From a virus, in IMG/VR virus record IMGVR_UViG_3300020438_000030, positions 3,370 through 67,369 of that record: DNA of 64,000 bases. One strand, written 5' to 3'. The position numbers and the translations under genes were made by a program. Under the pieces are notes generated by a model. That model did not search any database and was not told the origin of the DNA. It was given only the letters and a program-made list of their open reading frames with translations. Below, one piece after another: positions 62,975 to 64,000 of the stretch (positions are counted from its first letter, which is position 1; each line of letters opens with the position of its first letter).

Positions 62975-64000
62975 TAGTAATCCAGTTGAAGTTTTCCTTT
63001 GCGTGTTAAACCTGTAACAAGCCAAACCAGAGCGTCTACACAATCATCATGAGAGCTGACACCAAAATTAGTAAGCTCTTCAAACATTGTTGTAAAGTTT
63101 CTGTATCTGTTAAAGACTATTTTACGGTCTTCAAACATTCCCATAATGCCTCTAAAACGTGCCAGTTTATCTGCACGAAAACCTTTAACAGGATGCCAAA
63201 TTAAATTATAAAGCCCTTCATTATTTAAACATATTCGTTTAAAGTCTGCTTCTAAAGAAGCCTGATACTGCACTGCTTCTGACCAAATATCACAAGTTGA
63301 ATATGTTGGAAAATATAAACCATCATCTTGTTGTCCAATAACAGACCAGTCATTTAACAGCTCTTTTAATGCATCTAATTTTTCTAAGTTACCCATAACA
63401 CGTAGTCTTCTGTAATCAATAATATGGATTTTGTCTCCTATTCTGCCTCCCAAAACCATAACTGTATAGTCATTTTTTTCTTTAGTACCGGCTGAAAGAT
63501 CAACCCCTATTCCAAGCGTGTCAAATTCTGTGGCAATTTCAGCTTTTACTAAAAGCTCTGGTGCCAATGAAAGTTCGTTTTGCCTGACAATTTGATTCAT
63601 GTACTGAAACGAAAAAGCAACAGGAGCTTGCCTCTTCTTTTCTTTCAGGTAGTCTAGAGACCACATGTCAGGCCAATATGACTCTTCTTCGCCGGTCACC
63701 TCGTTATTTAAAATGGCAGAAAGAACGAGTTGCATCCAATTATTTTGCGGACAGAACGTGGTCGAATGAATGTCATCATGACGGAAGCGAGTACCAAGAC
63801 AGATTGCACGACCCCCTTCAAACATCGTCGGTGCAATCACAGCATTCCAGTTATCCTGCATCATCTTACGGATGTCTGGGTTGCCAATATCTGAAGCAGA
63901 TTTTATGGGGTCATCAATTATCACAAGTTGCGAACGCTTGGAAGTCACAGACCCTTTAAGACCTGCTGCACACAAAGTAAATTGTTCTTCCCCTGTAACA
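62974..64000 (-). CDS. terL: terminase large subunit (5' part outside the window)
   Basis: Walker B VIIDDPIK, LGTRFRHDD, nuclease motifs GIGVDLSA, NDYT, HDDCVDA. Confidence 0.92.
   Translation of the reverse strand, partial: VTGEEQFTLCAAGLKGSVTSKRSQLVIIDDPIKSASDIGNPDIRKMMQDNWNAVIAPTMFEGGRAICLGTRFRHDDIHSTTFCPQNNWMQLVLSAILNNEVTGEEESYWPDMWSLDYLKEKKRQAPVAFSFQYMNQIVRQNELSLAPELLVKAEIATEFDTLGIGVDLSAGTKEKNDYTVMVLGGRIGDKIHIIDYRRLRVMGNLEKLDALKELLNDWSVIGQQDDGLYFPTYSTCDIWSEAVQYQASLEADFKRICLNNEGLYNLIWHPVKGFRADKLARFRGIMGMFEDRKIVFNRYRNFTTMFEELTNFGVSSHDDCVDALVWLVTGLTRKGKLQLDY

Noticed and set aside
1-64000. Alternative genetic code, introns/inteins, psbA/psbD, and the many antisense or nested track ORFs (e.g. 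2141-2434, 6146-6535, 14121-14507, 58193-58543)
   Set aside because: Core genes are uninterrupted under code 11 and of normal length, no photosystem core genes were seen, and the nested ORFs are shadows of well-supported genes

Overview
AT-rich, gene-dense fragment of a tailed dsDNA cyanophage, probably infecting Synechococcus/Cyanobium (hli, CP12-like, NblA-like and DUF4278 genes, glutamine-II riboswitch). About 1-14 kb holds + strand early/replication genes: many small ORFs, tRNA-Leu(UAA), thyX, Gp88-like, T7-like PolA, SSB-like, SWIM-finger and Gp157-like. About 14-28 kb holds Dps, hli, endonuclease VII, a glycosyl-/methyltransferase cluster, exonuclease, primase-helicase, a repeat-rich candidate origin and CP12. 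About 28-64 kb is mostly a - strand late region: GH19 and GH24 lysins, tail fibres, virion proteins, major capsid, scaffold, portal and a partial large terminase, with a + strand island (HTH, degenerate Dam, dcd, DUF3310) and a degenerate integrase/excisionase pair. The main unexplained signals are: (1) a six-copy intergenic structured RNA motif (CTRGG-CA-hairpin-RTAAGN-CCYAG) with covarying stems in front of early genes and the tRNA; (2) a candidate -1 frameshift (A_AAA_AAG plus pseudoknot) in a holin-like gene; (3) GC-rich 27-bp sites with inverted ends, conserved at DNA level, that separate tail-fibre modules; (4) a shared LAG[KR]Y-like motif in small late proteins. All protein calls come from motif recognition by eye; no database searches were run.
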